This document shows positions 1 to 8,808 of a stretch of DNA of 60,601 bases, piece after piece. A program made the position numbers and the translations under genes. This stretch comes from Luteococcus sp. H101 (GTDB lineage: Bacteria; Actinomycetota; Actinomycetes; Propionibacteriales; Propionibacteriaceae): assembly GCF_038433155.1 (NCBI RefSeq), contig NZ_JBCDMW010000005.1:1-60601 (forward strand), written 5' to 3'. How positions within the stretch are numbered: the first letter of the stretch is position 1; each line of letters opens with the position of its first letter. Below the pieces are notes generated by a model. That model ran no database searches. It was given only the letters and a program-made list of their open reading frames with translations, and was not told where the DNA came from.

Positions 1-114
1 GGGAGAAGGGGGGTTGGCGGGGTGGGCCCCGGTGGGTGCGTCGCGCGACGCACCCACCGGGAACGGCCTGCAGGGGGCCACCACCGGGCCGGTCGACCCC
101 CTGCCGTCGGGCAG

Positions 115-1230
115 CTACTTGAGGATCTCCGCCAGCGGGGTGCACTCCATGTCGAAGGCCTCCGCGACACCGGGGAAGGTCACCTTGCCCGCGTGGGTGT
201 TCAGGCCCTTGGCCAGCGCCTCGTCCTCCTGACAGGCCTGCTTCCAGCCCTTGTCGGCCAGCTTGACCGCGTAGGGCAGGGTGGCATTGGTCAGCGCCCA
301 GGTGGAGGTGTTCGGCACGGCACCCGGCATGTTGGCCACGCAGTAGAAGACCGAGTTGTGCACCGTGAAGGTGGGCTCGGCATGCGTGGTGGGGTGCGAG
401 TCCTCGAAGCAGCCGCCCTGGTCAATGGCGACGTCGACCAGCACCGAGCCGGGCTTCATCTGGGAGACCATCTCATTGGTGACCAGCTTGGGGGCCTTGG
501 CGCCGGGGATCAGCACGGTGCCGATCACCAGGTCCGCCGCCAGCACCTGCTCGCGCACGGTCAGGGCCGACGAGGCCAGGGCGTGGACCTTGTTGCCGTA
601 GCGCCAGTAGCTCTGGCGCAGCTTGTTCAGGTCGACGTCGAGCATGGTCACGTCCGCGCCCATCCCCATGGCAATCTGCGCGGCATTCTGGCCGGCGACG
701 CCGCCGCCCAGGATGACCACCTTGGCCTGCTGCACGCCGCCGACGCCGCCCAGCAGCACGCCGCGGCCGCCATTGGCCTTCATCAGGTGGGCCGCGCCGG
801 CCTGGGGGGCCAGGCAACCGGCCACCTCGCTCATCGGGTAGAGCAGCGGCAGCGAGCGGTCGGGCAGCTGCACGGTCTCGTAGGCGATGCCGGTGGTGCC
901 GGCCTTCAGCAGGGCGTCGGTCTGCGGCTTGTCCGCGGCCAGGTGCAGGTAGGTGAACAGCAGCAGGTCATCGCGCAGGAAGCCGTACTCCTGCTCGATC
1001 GGCTCCTTGACCTTGATCACCATCTCGCCCTTGGCCCAGGTCTCCTCGGCAGTCTCGAGCATCGTTGCTCCCTGCGCGATGTACTCCTCGTCGGGGATCG
1101 AGGAGCCCAGACCGGCCCCCTTCTGGATGAAGACCTCGTGGCCGTGCTTGACCAGTTCGTGTACGCCGACGGGCGTGATCCCAACCCGGAATTCGTTGTT
1201 CTTGACCTCAGTGGGTACTGCGATACGCAT
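115..1230 (-). CDS. ald: alanine dehydrogenase
   Basis: 371-aa product starting MRIAVPTEVKNNEFRVGITP with a Rossmann VVILGGGVAGQNAA motif, typical of Ald. GGAGG RBS sits just upstream of ATG at 1230. The longer 412-aa ORF is treated as an N-terminal over-extension. Confidence 0.88.
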   Translation of the reverse strand: MRIAVPTEVKNNEFRVGITPVGVHELVKHGHEVFIQKGAGLGSSIPDEEYIAQGATMLETAEETWAKGEMVIKVKEPIEQEYGFLRDDLLLFTYLHLAADKPQTDALLKAGTTGIAYETVQLPDRSLPLLYPMSEVAGCLAPQAGAAHLMKANGGRGVLLGGVGGVQQAKVVILGGGVAGQNAAQIAMGMGADVTMLDVDLNKLRQSYWRYGNKVHALASSALTVREQVLAADLVIGTVLIPGAKAPKLVTNEMVSQMKPGSVLVDVAIDQGGCFEDSHPTTHAEPTFTVHNSVFYCVANMPGAVPNTSTWALTNATLPYAVKLADKGWKQACQEDEALAKGLNTHAGKVTFPGVAEAFDMECTPLAEILK

Positions 1231-1480
1231 GACATCCTCCATTGGACGGTGACGCCGCAGGCCGTTCGGCGGCGTCTCTGCAATCGAGTCAACGCGCCCC
1301 GGGGTCACATGGGAAGGGATTGGGTCAACTCCCGAACGATCTTCGAATGCCATTGGCCGCTTCGGCGCAGAATCCTCGGCACAGCACGGAAATTCCGAAG
1401 GATCTTCGGATGGGCGTTCTCATGGCCGATGCCTTGGGTTCACACAGAGGGCACACAGACTTCGCGTGGATGGTGATGAC

Positions 1481-1732
1481 ATGAGCAACCAGAGGCCTCC
1501 CAGCACCCCTTCCCAGACCGTGATCCCTGCCTCCCGGGCCGGCCGCCCCAGCGCCCTGCGGCGGGCCGTGGCCGGCCTCGCGGCTGCGGGCGCCATTGCC
1601 TTTGGCGGCGTCGGCACCCTGTCGGTCAGCGACGCCCAGGCCGCGGGGGTCCGCCAGCAGACCTACGTCGTGCAGTCCGCCACCGTGCAGGTGCAGGCAA
1701 CCAGCACCGGAGGGTCACGGGCCCGCGACTGA
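1481..1732 (+). CDS. small secreted hypothetical protein (signal-peptide-like hydrophobic segment, AxA site)
   Basis: ORF with ATG at 1481. Hydrophobic AVAGLAAAGAIAFGGVG stretch followed by SDAQAAG. No recognisable domain. Confidence 0.3.
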   Translation: MSNQRPPSTPSQTVIPASRAGRPSALRRAVAGLAAAGAIAFGGVGTLSVSDAQAAGVRQQTYVVQSATVQVQATSTGGSRARD

Positions 1733-1876
1733 CCTACCGCACGGTCTGAGGTGAACTCTTCGGAAACGGATCCGGCTCATCCAGGGCCGCCACGGCCCGG
1801 CCCGGGCCGGCAGGACGTCCGCCAGAGGCCGCCGGGTTGCCCAGCGGCGCAAGAAAATTCGGGGCATCCACCGAAG

Positions 1877-1929
1877 TTGTCCACAGGCCCCTGTGGATCG
1901 CTGTGGAAAAGCAGGAAGTTGTCCACAGC
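1877..1929. promoter_or_regulatory. cluster of four TGTGGA(C)AA half-sites (TTGTCCACAGG cc CCTGTGGAT cg CTGTGGAAAA ... GTTGTCCACAG) upstream of cpaB
   Basis: Read directly at 1877..1929. The same half-site recurs at 25051..25094 and 26783..26813. Confidence 0.5.
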
Positions 1930-1979
1930 CCTGCTATGACGGTAGGCCGGTTCCGGATCGTGCTGCAACGCTCGCCGCC

Positions 1980-2654
1980 ATGCTCCGCCCCGTCAAGAAG
2001 ACCTCCGACCCCGGCACCCCGGCAGCGCGCGTGGACCTGCCCGACCCGACGCTCCCCGTCGCCGCCCATCTGCGGCCGCGGCGTAGCCCCCGCCTGGTGG
2101 CGGCCGGGCTGCTGCTGGCCTGTCTGGGTGGGTTGGGCGGGGCGCTGGCCTACCAACGGGCCTCGCACGCCAACCAGGTGGTGGTGGTGCAACACGCCGT
2201 GCCGCGCGGGGAACTGGTCCGGGCGCAGGACCTGTCCGTCGTCACCATCGGCCCGGCGCCCGGGGTGCACACCGTCGACGCCAACCAGTTGCCCTCCCTG
2301 GTGGGCAAGCAGGCGCTGGTGGACCTGCCGGCCGGTTCCCTGGTGGGTGCTGGCTCGGTGGGCCAGGTAAGGCTGGCCAAGGGGCACGTCCAACTGGGGC
2401 TCAGGCTGGCGCCGGGGCGGGTGCCGGTGGAGCCGATGCCCGCCGGCACCCCGGTGCGTCTGGTGGAGGTCACCTCGGACAAGCAGGAGAACTCGGCGCT
2501 GGTGGTGGAGGCCATGATCGTCACCGCCGCCCGGACCCTGCCCGACGGCACCAGCCAGATGCTCGACGTCGGGGTGCCCGAGGCGCAGGCCCAACGGCTG
2601 GCGGACCTCTCCGCCCGGGACCTGTTGGTGGTTGTGCGCAAGGCGGGTGGCTGA
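1980..2654 (+). CDS. cpaB: Flp pilus assembly protein CpaB/RcpC-like (N-terminal TM plus SAF-like domain)
   Basis: MLRPVKK...RRSPRLVAAGLLLACLGGLGGALAY TM anchor followed by a beta-rich domain. It is the first gene of a tad-type cluster. The start was chosen at ATG 1980, in frame within ORF 1893..2654. Confidence 0.65.
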   Translation: MLRPVKKTSDPGTPAARVDLPDPTLPVAAHLRPRRSPRLVAAGLLLACLGGLGGALAYQRASHANQVVVVQHAVPRGELVRAQDLSVVTIGPAPGVHTVDANQLPSLVGKQALVDLPAGSLVGAGSVGQVRLAKGHVQLGLRLAPGRVPVEPMPAGTPVRLVEVTSDKQENSALVVEAMIVTAARTLPDGTSQMLDVGVPEAQAQRLADLSARDLLVVVRKAGG

Positions 2655-2655
2655 C

Positions 2656-3465
2656 GTGGCGGTGATCACCCTGGCCAGCGTCGCTGGGGCGCCCGGGGTC
2701 AGCACCAGTGCGTTGGGCCTGGCGCTGGCCTGGCCGCGCGACGTGCTGCTGGCCGACTGTGACCGGGATCCCGCGCAGACCATCCCGGCCGGCTACCTGC
2801 GGGGGACGGACCTGGGCGGCCGAGGCCTGGGCCAGCTGGCGGCGGTGCACCGGGAACACCGGCGCCTGGCCGAGGAGATCTGGCTGCAGACTGTGCGCCT
2901 GGACGGCGGGGAGCGGGACCGTCGCTTCCTGCCCGGCTTCACCCATCCCGGGGCGGTGGGCCTGTTCGGGCCCATCTGGCAGGAGCTGGCGGACTCCTTC
3001 GTCGCGCTGGGGGCCAGCGGAACCGACGTGTTGGTGGACGCCGGCCGGGTGGGGCGCGATGGCCTGCCCGGCCCGCTGCTGATGACCAGCGACGTGCTGT
3101 TGGTGACGGTGCGCAGTTCCCTGCGGGCGCTGGCCGCCCTGCGGCTGCACCTGCCGGCGGTGCAGGCCCAGCTGGAGGCCCTGGCCGCGCACGCCGAGCT
3201 GGCACTGCTGGTGGTGGGGCCCGGCAAGCCCTACAGCGGCGCCGAGATCGAGAAGCAGTTTGGTCTGCCGGCGCGCTACTCGATTGCCTGGGAACCCAAG
3301 CAGGCAAGGGTCTTCAGCGATGGCGCGAAGCCCTCACGCGGTCTGGCGGGCGGATCCCTGGTCCGCAGCTACCGGGCGTGCTCCTCCCGGCTGGCCGAAT
3401 CCGTGCAGCGTCGCACCGAGGTGGTGGCCGGGACCCGGCCCAGCGTCGAGTGGGGTGCGCGATGA
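2656..3465 (+). CDS. tadZ: CpaE/TadZ-like ParA-family protein with degenerate Walker A (helicase/secretion-neighbourhood CpaE-like)
   Basis: VAVITLASVAGAPGVSTSALGLALAW in place of a canonical P-loop. It sits between cpaB and tadA. GTG start at 2656 (alternative GTG at 2647), overlapping the cpaB stop. Confidence 0.55.
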   Translation: MAVITLASVAGAPGVSTSALGLALAWPRDVLLADCDRDPAQTIPAGYLRGTDLGGRGLGQLAAVHREHRRLAEEIWLQTVRLDGGERDRRFLPGFTHPGAVGLFGPIWQELADSFVALGASGTDVLVDAGRVGRDGLPGPLLMTSDVLLVTVRSSLRALAALRLHLPAVQAQLEALAAHAELALLVVGPGKPYSGAEIEKQFGLPARYSIAWEPKQARVFSDGAKPSRGLAGGSLVRSYRACSSRLAESVQRRTEVVAGTRPSVEWGAR

Positions 3466-4637
3466 GCCGTCGCGTTGCCGAACCCGCGCCCGCCCTGGCC
3501 GACCTGCTCGGGCAGTTGGCCGGGCCGAGCCCACAGGTCCGGGTGCGGCCCGCCCGCGCGGACACGAGCGGCCAGGCCGCCCCCTATCCGGCCACCGGGA
3601 CGGACCAGCCCGGGGTGGACTGGGACGTCGTGGTGCAGCTGCGGCGCCGCGCGTCGGAGCAGATCACCGAGGCCAGCGAGCACTTCAGCGGGGAACGCGG
3701 CCGGCTGATGAAGCCGGACGACCGGCGGATGATGGGGCGATCGGTGATCCGCCAGGTGGTGCGGCAACATGCCGAGATCCTGGCGCACGAGGGCCAGGCG
3801 CTGTGGCCGATCGAGCTGGAACAGGCCTACGCGGCGGCGGTGGAGAATGCGATCTTCGGCTACGGCCGCCTGCAACCGCTGTTCGAGATCCCCGACGCCG
3901 AGAACATCGAGATCCACGGTTGGGACTCGGTGATGGTCCAGTATGGCGACGGGCGACGGGAGGCCCACCCGCCCGTCGCGGACTCCGACGAGGAACTGGT
4001 GGAAGCCATCCGCTTCCTCGGGGAATCGGCCTCACCCAGCCGTCCCTTCGACGACGCGCACCCGATGATGACCCTGGCGCTGGGCGAACGCTTCCGCTTG
4101 CACGCCATCGGCTTCGGGTTGAGTTTCCGGCCCAGCATCATCATCCGGCAGCACATCCTGACCCGGGTCAGTCTGCGTCAGCTGGCGAACGGCGGGATGA
4201 TGCCGCTGGAGGTGGCCAGGCTGCTGCACGACGCGGTGCTGGCCCGCAAGTCGGCGGTGATCTCCGGCGACCAGGGGGCCGGCAAGACCACCCTGCTGCG
4301 CGCCATGATCAACGCGATTCCCACCACGGAACGCTTCGGCACCCTGGAGACGGACTACGAACTGCTCACCCACCTGCAGCCCGGCCGCAAGAACATGCTG
4401 GCCCTGCAGGCCAAGGTGGGCCTGGGGGAGCGGGCCGCCGACGGCAGCCGGATGGGCGAGTTCAGCATCAGCGACCTGATTCCGGAGGCCCTGCGGCAGA
4501 ACCTGTCCCGACTGGTGGTGGGCGAGGTCCGGGGCGGCGAGGCGGCCGCCATGTTCGAGGCCATGCAGTCGGGCACTTGCAGGCGGAAACTAGCCTCTCG
4601 AATCTCCTGCCAAGAGGGAGGACCGGCAATACAGTGA
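3462..4637 (+). pseudogene. tadA: tadA/cpaF pilus ATPase, 5' portion, interrupted by insertion of a mobile element after codon ...AMQSG (4574)
   Basis: Walker A GDQGAGKTTLLRAM is present, followed by ...GEVRGGEAAAMFEAMQSG. The ORF then reads 20 unrelated codons into element DNA and stops at 4637. The missing CpaF C-terminus (GSLSTTHS..., 'His box') is found at 24614 onward. Confidence 0.85.
4556..4600. other. attL junction of integrated element (host tadA arm / GG core at ~4572-4573 / element arm cacttgcaggcggaaact)
   Basis: Host coding sequence ends ...atgcagtcggg. The element arm that follows is the imperfect reverse complement of the arm at attR (aggttccaaatgcaagtg), matching 14 of 18 positions. 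Confidence 0.6.
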
Positions 4638-4641
4638 GGCC

Positions 4642-5430
4642 ATGCCAGCTCCCCCGTGGTTCGTGGACCAGCTCGGCTGGAAAGCCTTGGAGGCCAAGAG
4701 CCAACCCATGTCGCAGGACCTCTTCGGAATCCCAAGGGCCCCCAACCTTGCCGACGTCGCCAACAAGCCGAGCCTCCGGCTCGGGGCGGCCATGCTCGAG
4801 TCGCTATCGGTCAGGAGGGGCGCATCCCCTGTTTCCTCCGGAAAGCCTGGCACGTTGCTGGAGGAGGGAATCCGGTCAGACCTCGCTGAGACCCTCGCGG
4901 CGCTGGAGCCCAGTATCGCTTGGGGTGTCACGCGCGGCGGAACCGTGGAGCGTTTCGCCCAGTACCAGCACCTAGCCAAGCTGAAGGACTTGCTCGCGGC
5001 ATACCCTGACATTCCCATGGCGATGGGCAAGGACTACCAGATCAAGACTGACGTGATGGTCTCCGTGCCGGACAAGACCGAGCCTGGCCAAGACATCCTT
5101 CACGCGGCCGTGTCGTCGAAGTTCACGATCCGGTCTGACCGGGTCCAGAACATCCGATTCGAGTTTGCCACGCTGCTGCGCACTAGGCAGGGGCGGGCAC
5201 CGCACTTGGTGGTCGTGACGGGCGAGCCATTGCCCAGCCGTGTCGCAGCCATTGCGCAGGGCACGGGTGAGGTCGATGCTGTGTACCACCTGCTCTTCGA
5301 TGAAGTCTCGGATGCCGTCACGGCCCTCTTCCCGGCTGGGGCGAGCCAGCGCCGGACGTGGGAAGAACTGGTAGAGCGCCAGCGGGTGCGGCCCTACGAG
5401 GAGCTGGTCCTAGCCTTGGTGAGTTCATGA
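4642..5430 (+). CDS. type II restriction endonuclease, NgoMIV/Cfr10I family (predicted GCCGGC-type)
   Basis: The segment HAAVSSKFTIRSDRVQNIRFEF...RAPHLVVVTGEPLPSRVAAIAQGTGEVDAVYH closely resembles my recollection of the NgoMIV catalytic region (SxK...E with downstream PH-VVVT-EP-PSR-I-LGTGE-D-VYH). An upstream PD is present (VMVSVPD). RBS gtgagg lies before the ATG. Confidence 0.55.
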   Translation: MPAPPWFVDQLGWKALEAKSQPMSQDLFGIPRAPNLADVANKPSLRLGAAMLESLSVRRGASPVSSGKPGTLLEEGIRSDLAETLAALEPSIAWGVTRGGTVERFAQYQHLAKLKDLLAAYPDIPMAMGKDYQIKTDVMVSVPDKTEPGQDILHAAVSSKFTIRSDRVQNIRFEFATLLRTRQGRAPHLVVVTGEPLPSRVAAIAQGTGEVDAVYHLLFDEVSDAVTALFPAGASQRRTWEELVERQRVRPYEELVLALVSS

Positions 5431-6149
5431 CCGGTCAGTTGTTCGAACCCACGGCCGGGGGTGGCCTTGGCTTCTGCCACGACGCTATGCCCGGGTTGCT
5501 CCCAGCGGGCTACCACGGACCATTGGTGGTCGCCATCGACTCCAATGTACTGATCGACCTGTACGAGTTTGGCACCCGGATGGTGGAGGACAGCCTTCCC
5601 GAGCCCCCAGAGGTTCCGGCCTCGAGGGCAGGGGAGCTGGAGGCGATCGCCAGCATTCTGGACTTGTGGCTCATCAGGGACATCCGGCTGGTCACGACGC
5701 CACGGATCCTGACTGACGCCAAAGCCAATCCCTCGCGGCTTGCCCGCCGGAGGCAGGACATCGAGCACCTGGCTCGTGCACTGGCCTTCCAGCTCGAGGA
5801 CTGGGAGGAGCCGTTTCCGCTAAAGGCGCCGGAGCCCTCGTCGCCGCCGACTGTGATTGGGGCCCGGGGCGAGGCTGACCGGCAGCTCGTGGAAGAGGCA
5901 GCTGCGATCGGGGCTCACGTTTTCCTGACTCAGGACAAGCGCTTGCGGCGACCTGTTTCCATCCCAGATGCCGCGACCCAGGTCCTCTACCCGAGCGAGC
6001 TGGCGGCCACGCTGGCGGGGGCGCGCGTCACCCACTTCTTCGGCGGCATCTGCGGTGGCAGTGACTGCCCCTACCCGGATTTCAGCATGCCCGCCCCGGA
6101 CCTGGGCCGGTACGTGCTGCTGGGCCTGTTTGCGCCAGCGCCTGCGTGA
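5427..6149 (+). CDS. PIN-domain nuclease-like protein, translationally coupled (ATGA overlap) to the restriction endonuclease gene
   Basis: VVAIDSNVLIDLYEF (PIN beta1 with Asp), later acidic residues, and the C-terminal AAIGAHVFLTQDKRL PIN-like motif. Confidence 0.45.
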   Translation: MTGQLFEPTAGGGLGFCHDAMPGLLPAGYHGPLVVAIDSNVLIDLYEFGTRMVEDSLPEPPEVPASRAGELEAIASILDLWLIRDIRLVTTPRILTDAKANPSRLARRRQDIEHLARALAFQLEDWEEPFPLKAPEPSSPPTVIGARGEADRQLVEEAAAIGAHVFLTQDKRLRRPVSIPDAATQVLYPSELAATLAGARVTHFFGGICGGSDCPYPDFSMPAPDLGRYVLLGLFAPAPA

Positions 6150-6531
6150 TACGGGCAGCGCATGCCATGGCATCCTGCTTCACCTCGAAGTCCCAGAACC
6201 GTAGGACGGTCCACCCCATGGCTTCCAGCGCGCCGTTCGCTGCCTTGTCACGCTCCTGGTTCCTGGCGATCTTCGCCTTCCAGTAGTCGCTGGCCGCCTC
6301 CGGGTGCCAGTGGTCCGGGTGGCCATGCCAGTACGCGCCGTCAACGAACACGGCCACCTTTCGCCCCACGAAGGCGATGTCGGGCCGTCCTGGCAGGTCC
6401 TTGCGGTGAAGGCGGTAGCCCGGTTGCCCTGAGGCGCGAAGCGCTGCCCGCAGGGCCAGTTCCGGCTTGGTGTTGCTGGACCTGATGGCCCTCATGACGC
6501 GTGAGCGTCCTTCGGGGCTGAGGTGGTCCAT
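6082..6531 (-). CDS. vsr: very-short-patch repair endonuclease Vsr
   Basis: SRVMRAIRSSNTKPE, LPGRPDIAFV, VFVDGAYWHGH, YWKAKIARNQERD and MGWTVLRFWD all align with E. coli Vsr motifs. The start is 7 nt downstream of the dcm stop. Confidence 0.8.
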   Translation of the reverse strand: MDHLSPEGRSRVMRAIRSSNTKPELALRAALRASGQPGYRLHRKDLPGRPDIAFVGRKVAVFVDGAYWHGHPDHWHPEAASDYWKAKIARNQERDKAANGALEAMGWTVLRFWDFEVKQDAMACAARITQALAQTGPAARTGPGPGRAC

Positions 6532-6538
6532 GGCGGGC

Positions 6539-7537
6539 CTACTGGAACAGCAGCTCGGGTTCCTGGGCCCGGGCGGAGTTCTGGGGAGGTTCCGTGTCGA
6601 GGCGCGCGTTCAGGGCCTTGGCGATCTGGGTGCCGACAGCTGCGGCGACAGGCGGCGGGAAGGCATTGCCCACCTGGCGCCACGCGGCAGTCTTCGGGCC
6701 CGAGAACTTCCAGTCGGGCGGGAACCCCTGCACCAGGGCGCCCATCTCGACGGTCAGGCGCGGCGTGCCGGTGAAACCCGCCTCGGGTGCCGCCGGGGCG
6801 ATCGTCTTGCCGTCGACGCCCAGCTGGGCCCATGCCTTGCGGGCCCGGGTGGGCCCAAGGTCGGGGCCGCCATGCTTGTGCGAGCCCCCGACAAGGGTCG
6901 GGGCGATGGCGTTGGCCTGTCGGGCCCACTCGCTGGCACCCTCCCAGCCGTTGCTGGACATCAGGTCGAACAGGAGCTGCCCGACCGTGCGGGCTGGCTT
7001 CCGGGCAGGCTCGGGCCACGTGAAGTAGGCGTCCCACGGGTCCTTGATGGCGACCATGACGACGCGGGGGCGCAGTTGGGAGACGCCGAAGTCGCTGGCG
7101 TGCAGCAGCTTCCAGTGGGGGCGGAACCCCATGCTGGCCAGCTCGCGGGAGACCTCGTCGCGGAACCCCTCGAACTGCGGGTCCAGCAGCCCCCGGACGT
7201 TCTCGATCATCACGGCGCGGGGATCGGCCTGGCGGATCAGCTCCAGGGCGCGCGGGAACAGGTTGCGCTCGTCGTCGGCGCCCAGTTGCTTGCCAGCCTT
7301 CGAGAACGGGGGGCATGGCACGCCGCCTGCGAACAGGTCGACCTTGCCCTTGAAGGACTGCGCCGACCACTCGTTGAGGTCCATCTGGAGGGTGTTCCAC
7401 TGGGGCCGGTTCTGCCGCAGCGTCTCGCAGGCGCGTGCGTCCATCTCGACGCACGCGAGGTGCTTGAACCCCGCCGCCTCAAGGCCAAGCGCCTGGCCCC
7501 CTGCTCCGGCGCACACCTCTACGGACGTGAGTGGCAT
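6539..7537 (-). CDS. DNA (cytosine-5)-methyltransferase
   Basis: Motif I VCAGAGGQALG, motif IV GGVPCPPFS, motif VI IENVRGLL and motif X QVGNAFPPPVA. GGAGG RBS upstream of ATG 7537. Confidence 0.85.
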   Translation of the reverse strand: MPLTSVEVCAGAGGQALGLEAAGFKHLACVEMDARACETLRQNRPQWNTLQMDLNEWSAQSFKGKVDLFAGGVPCPPFSKAGKQLGADDERNLFPRALELIRQADPRAVMIENVRGLLDPQFEGFRDEVSRELASMGFRPHWKLLHASDFGVSQLRPRVVMVAIKDPWDAYFTWPEPARKPARTVGQLLFDLMSSNGWEGASEWARQANAIAPTLVGGSHKHGGPDLGPTRARKAWAQLGVDGKTIAPAAPEAGFTGTPRLTVEMGALVQGFPPDWKFSGPKTAAWRQVGNAFPPPVAAAVGTQIAKALNARLDTEPPQNSARAQEPELLFQ

Positions 7538-7565
7538 GGTCGTCCTCCTCTGTTTGGCTCATTCT

Positions 7566-7732
7566 TGCACAATGCCGGCGTGCTGGAAGCAATAATAGCA
7601 GATACTTCCTATTATTTCTAGGGTGCGCGGACAGTGAACGGCCTAGCCAATCGGGAAATTCTGGGTTCTTTCTTGGATTTCTCTGCAGGCCTCGACGGGA
7701 GCCCGGAAAGACTAAAAAATGCCGGCGCGGGA
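7566..7732. promoter_or_regulatory. AT-rich intergenic region between the methyltransferase gene and the upstream nuclease gene; two copies of AATGCCGGCG (containing GCCGGC) and an 8-bp inverted repeat AATAATAG/CTATTATT
   Basis: Direct repeats at 7571-7580 and 7718-7727, and the IR at ~7590-7615, were read from the sequence. AT content is unusually high for this genome. Confidence 0.35.
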
Positions 7733-8656
7733 TCAGAACAGCAAGCCGTGCGGGGCGGGCCTGGCAGGCTCGTCCCTGGGCAGGCTCAGCCAGTCGCCCG
7801 GCCCCAGCGCGAACCCGGCGACGGCGGCCCGCTCTCGGTCCTCCAGCCACTTGCCGCACAGGAGGTCGGCATTGTGCTCCGCGAGCACGAGGGCCTTGAC
7901 CTCCCGGGCCCGGCGCAGCGGGTCGTCACGGTTGGCGCAGACAGTCAGGATGGCATGCCTGGGAATCACGGTCCCGGGCAGGAACCCGAACAGCCGCGTG
8001 AGGCGGCGTGCCTGGCCGGTGCCCGGCTCGAAGACCAGGTCACGCTCGTGCGGCTCGAGGTCCCGCAAGGGGTTGTGCGGCAGGGCCGACCAGGGGATGA
8101 CAATCATGCCGAACCGGTCCAGGGCTGCTGCGCGGATCGTTGTCTTCCGGTCCTGGTTGCGGCCGGCGTTCAGCCACGCGTGGTGGGTGCGCATGAGCTG
8201 CACCTGGAACCGGTCATGGCGGAAGTCGATGCGGACCAGCAGGCACAGCTGGCACTGGGCTTCCTGCGGAATCGTCCACGTGCGTGCGACCGTGACCTTG
8301 ATGTCGACCGGGACGCCCTCGATCCACGTGTCCAGCGGGCCTCTCTTCTCGAGCCCCAGCGCGGACAGGATCCGGTACTGCGCCTTCGTGCCGACCGAGC
8401 TGCGCTCGTCGGAGTCGACCTCCGGGTCGTTCAGGTCGAAGCGGCCGGTGTGGGCGCCGTCCAGCACGTACTGGATGCTGTCGTCGAGCGCAGCGGTCAT
8501 CGCGACCGGGACTGCAGGCCGGGACAGCCACGCCCGCACGGCCTGCAGCTGCGCGTCATCCGCCGGGTCCTCGAGGACATGGCCATCGGGGACGGTCCCC
8601 CGCCGGGCATCTGGCTGGCACCAGTCGCCCGGCTGGGCAATCGCGTCCGACGTCAT
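7733..8656 (-). CDS. PD-(D/E)XK nuclease, possibly NaeI-like type II restriction endonuclease
   Basis: GPLDTWIEGVPVDIKVT gives D-x9-D-x-K, the spacing reported for the NaeI active site. The gene is on the same strand as, and immediately upstream of, the C5-MTase. Start is ATG 8656; a GTG at 8662 is also possible. Confidence 0.35.
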   Translation of the reverse strand: MTSDAIAQPGDWCQPDARRGTVPDGHVLEDPADDAQLQAVRAWLSRPAVPVAMTAALDDSIQYVLDGAHTGRFDLNDPEVDSDERSSVGTKAQYRILSALGLEKRGPLDTWIEGVPVDIKVTVARTWTIPQEAQCQLCLLVRIDFRHDRFQVQLMRTHHAWLNAGRNQDRKTTIRAAALDRFGMIVIPWSALPHNPLRDLEPHERDLVFEPGTGQARRLTRLFGFLPGTVIPRHAILTVCANRDDPLRRAREVKALVLAEHNADLLCGKWLEDRERAAVAGFALGPGDWLSLPRDEPARPAPHGLLF

Positions 8657-8808
8657 GCGCACACGCTAGCGCCGGCACCGCGGCCTAGCCGAGCGGGGTC
8701 CGTTGCTGGAACCAAAGACTTGGCTGTGAAAACGGCACGTTGCCATCGCTGATCATCTAGGGTGCAAGTAGAGTGCAACTTTCCGCTTGTCGATGGTAAG
8801 GATCTGCG

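Noticed and set aside
22-1476. 484-aa ORF on the plus strand opposite ald
   Set aside because: It is entirely antisense to a well-supported ald gene. Long spurious antisense ORFs are expected at 70% GC. No RBS and no domain.
1230-1480. Near-direct repeats GATCTTCGAATG / GATCTTCGGATG upstream of ald as an AldR/Lrp site
   Set aside because: Only two imperfect copies and no divergent aldR gene in the window. Too weak to call.
2939-4373. Multiple overlapping alternative-frame ORFs within tadZ/tadA (e.g. 3260..4975, 3369..3968)
   Set aside because: They overlap genes with clear ATPase motifs in another frame and have Arg/Pro/Gly-rich compositions typical of off-frame high-GC translation.
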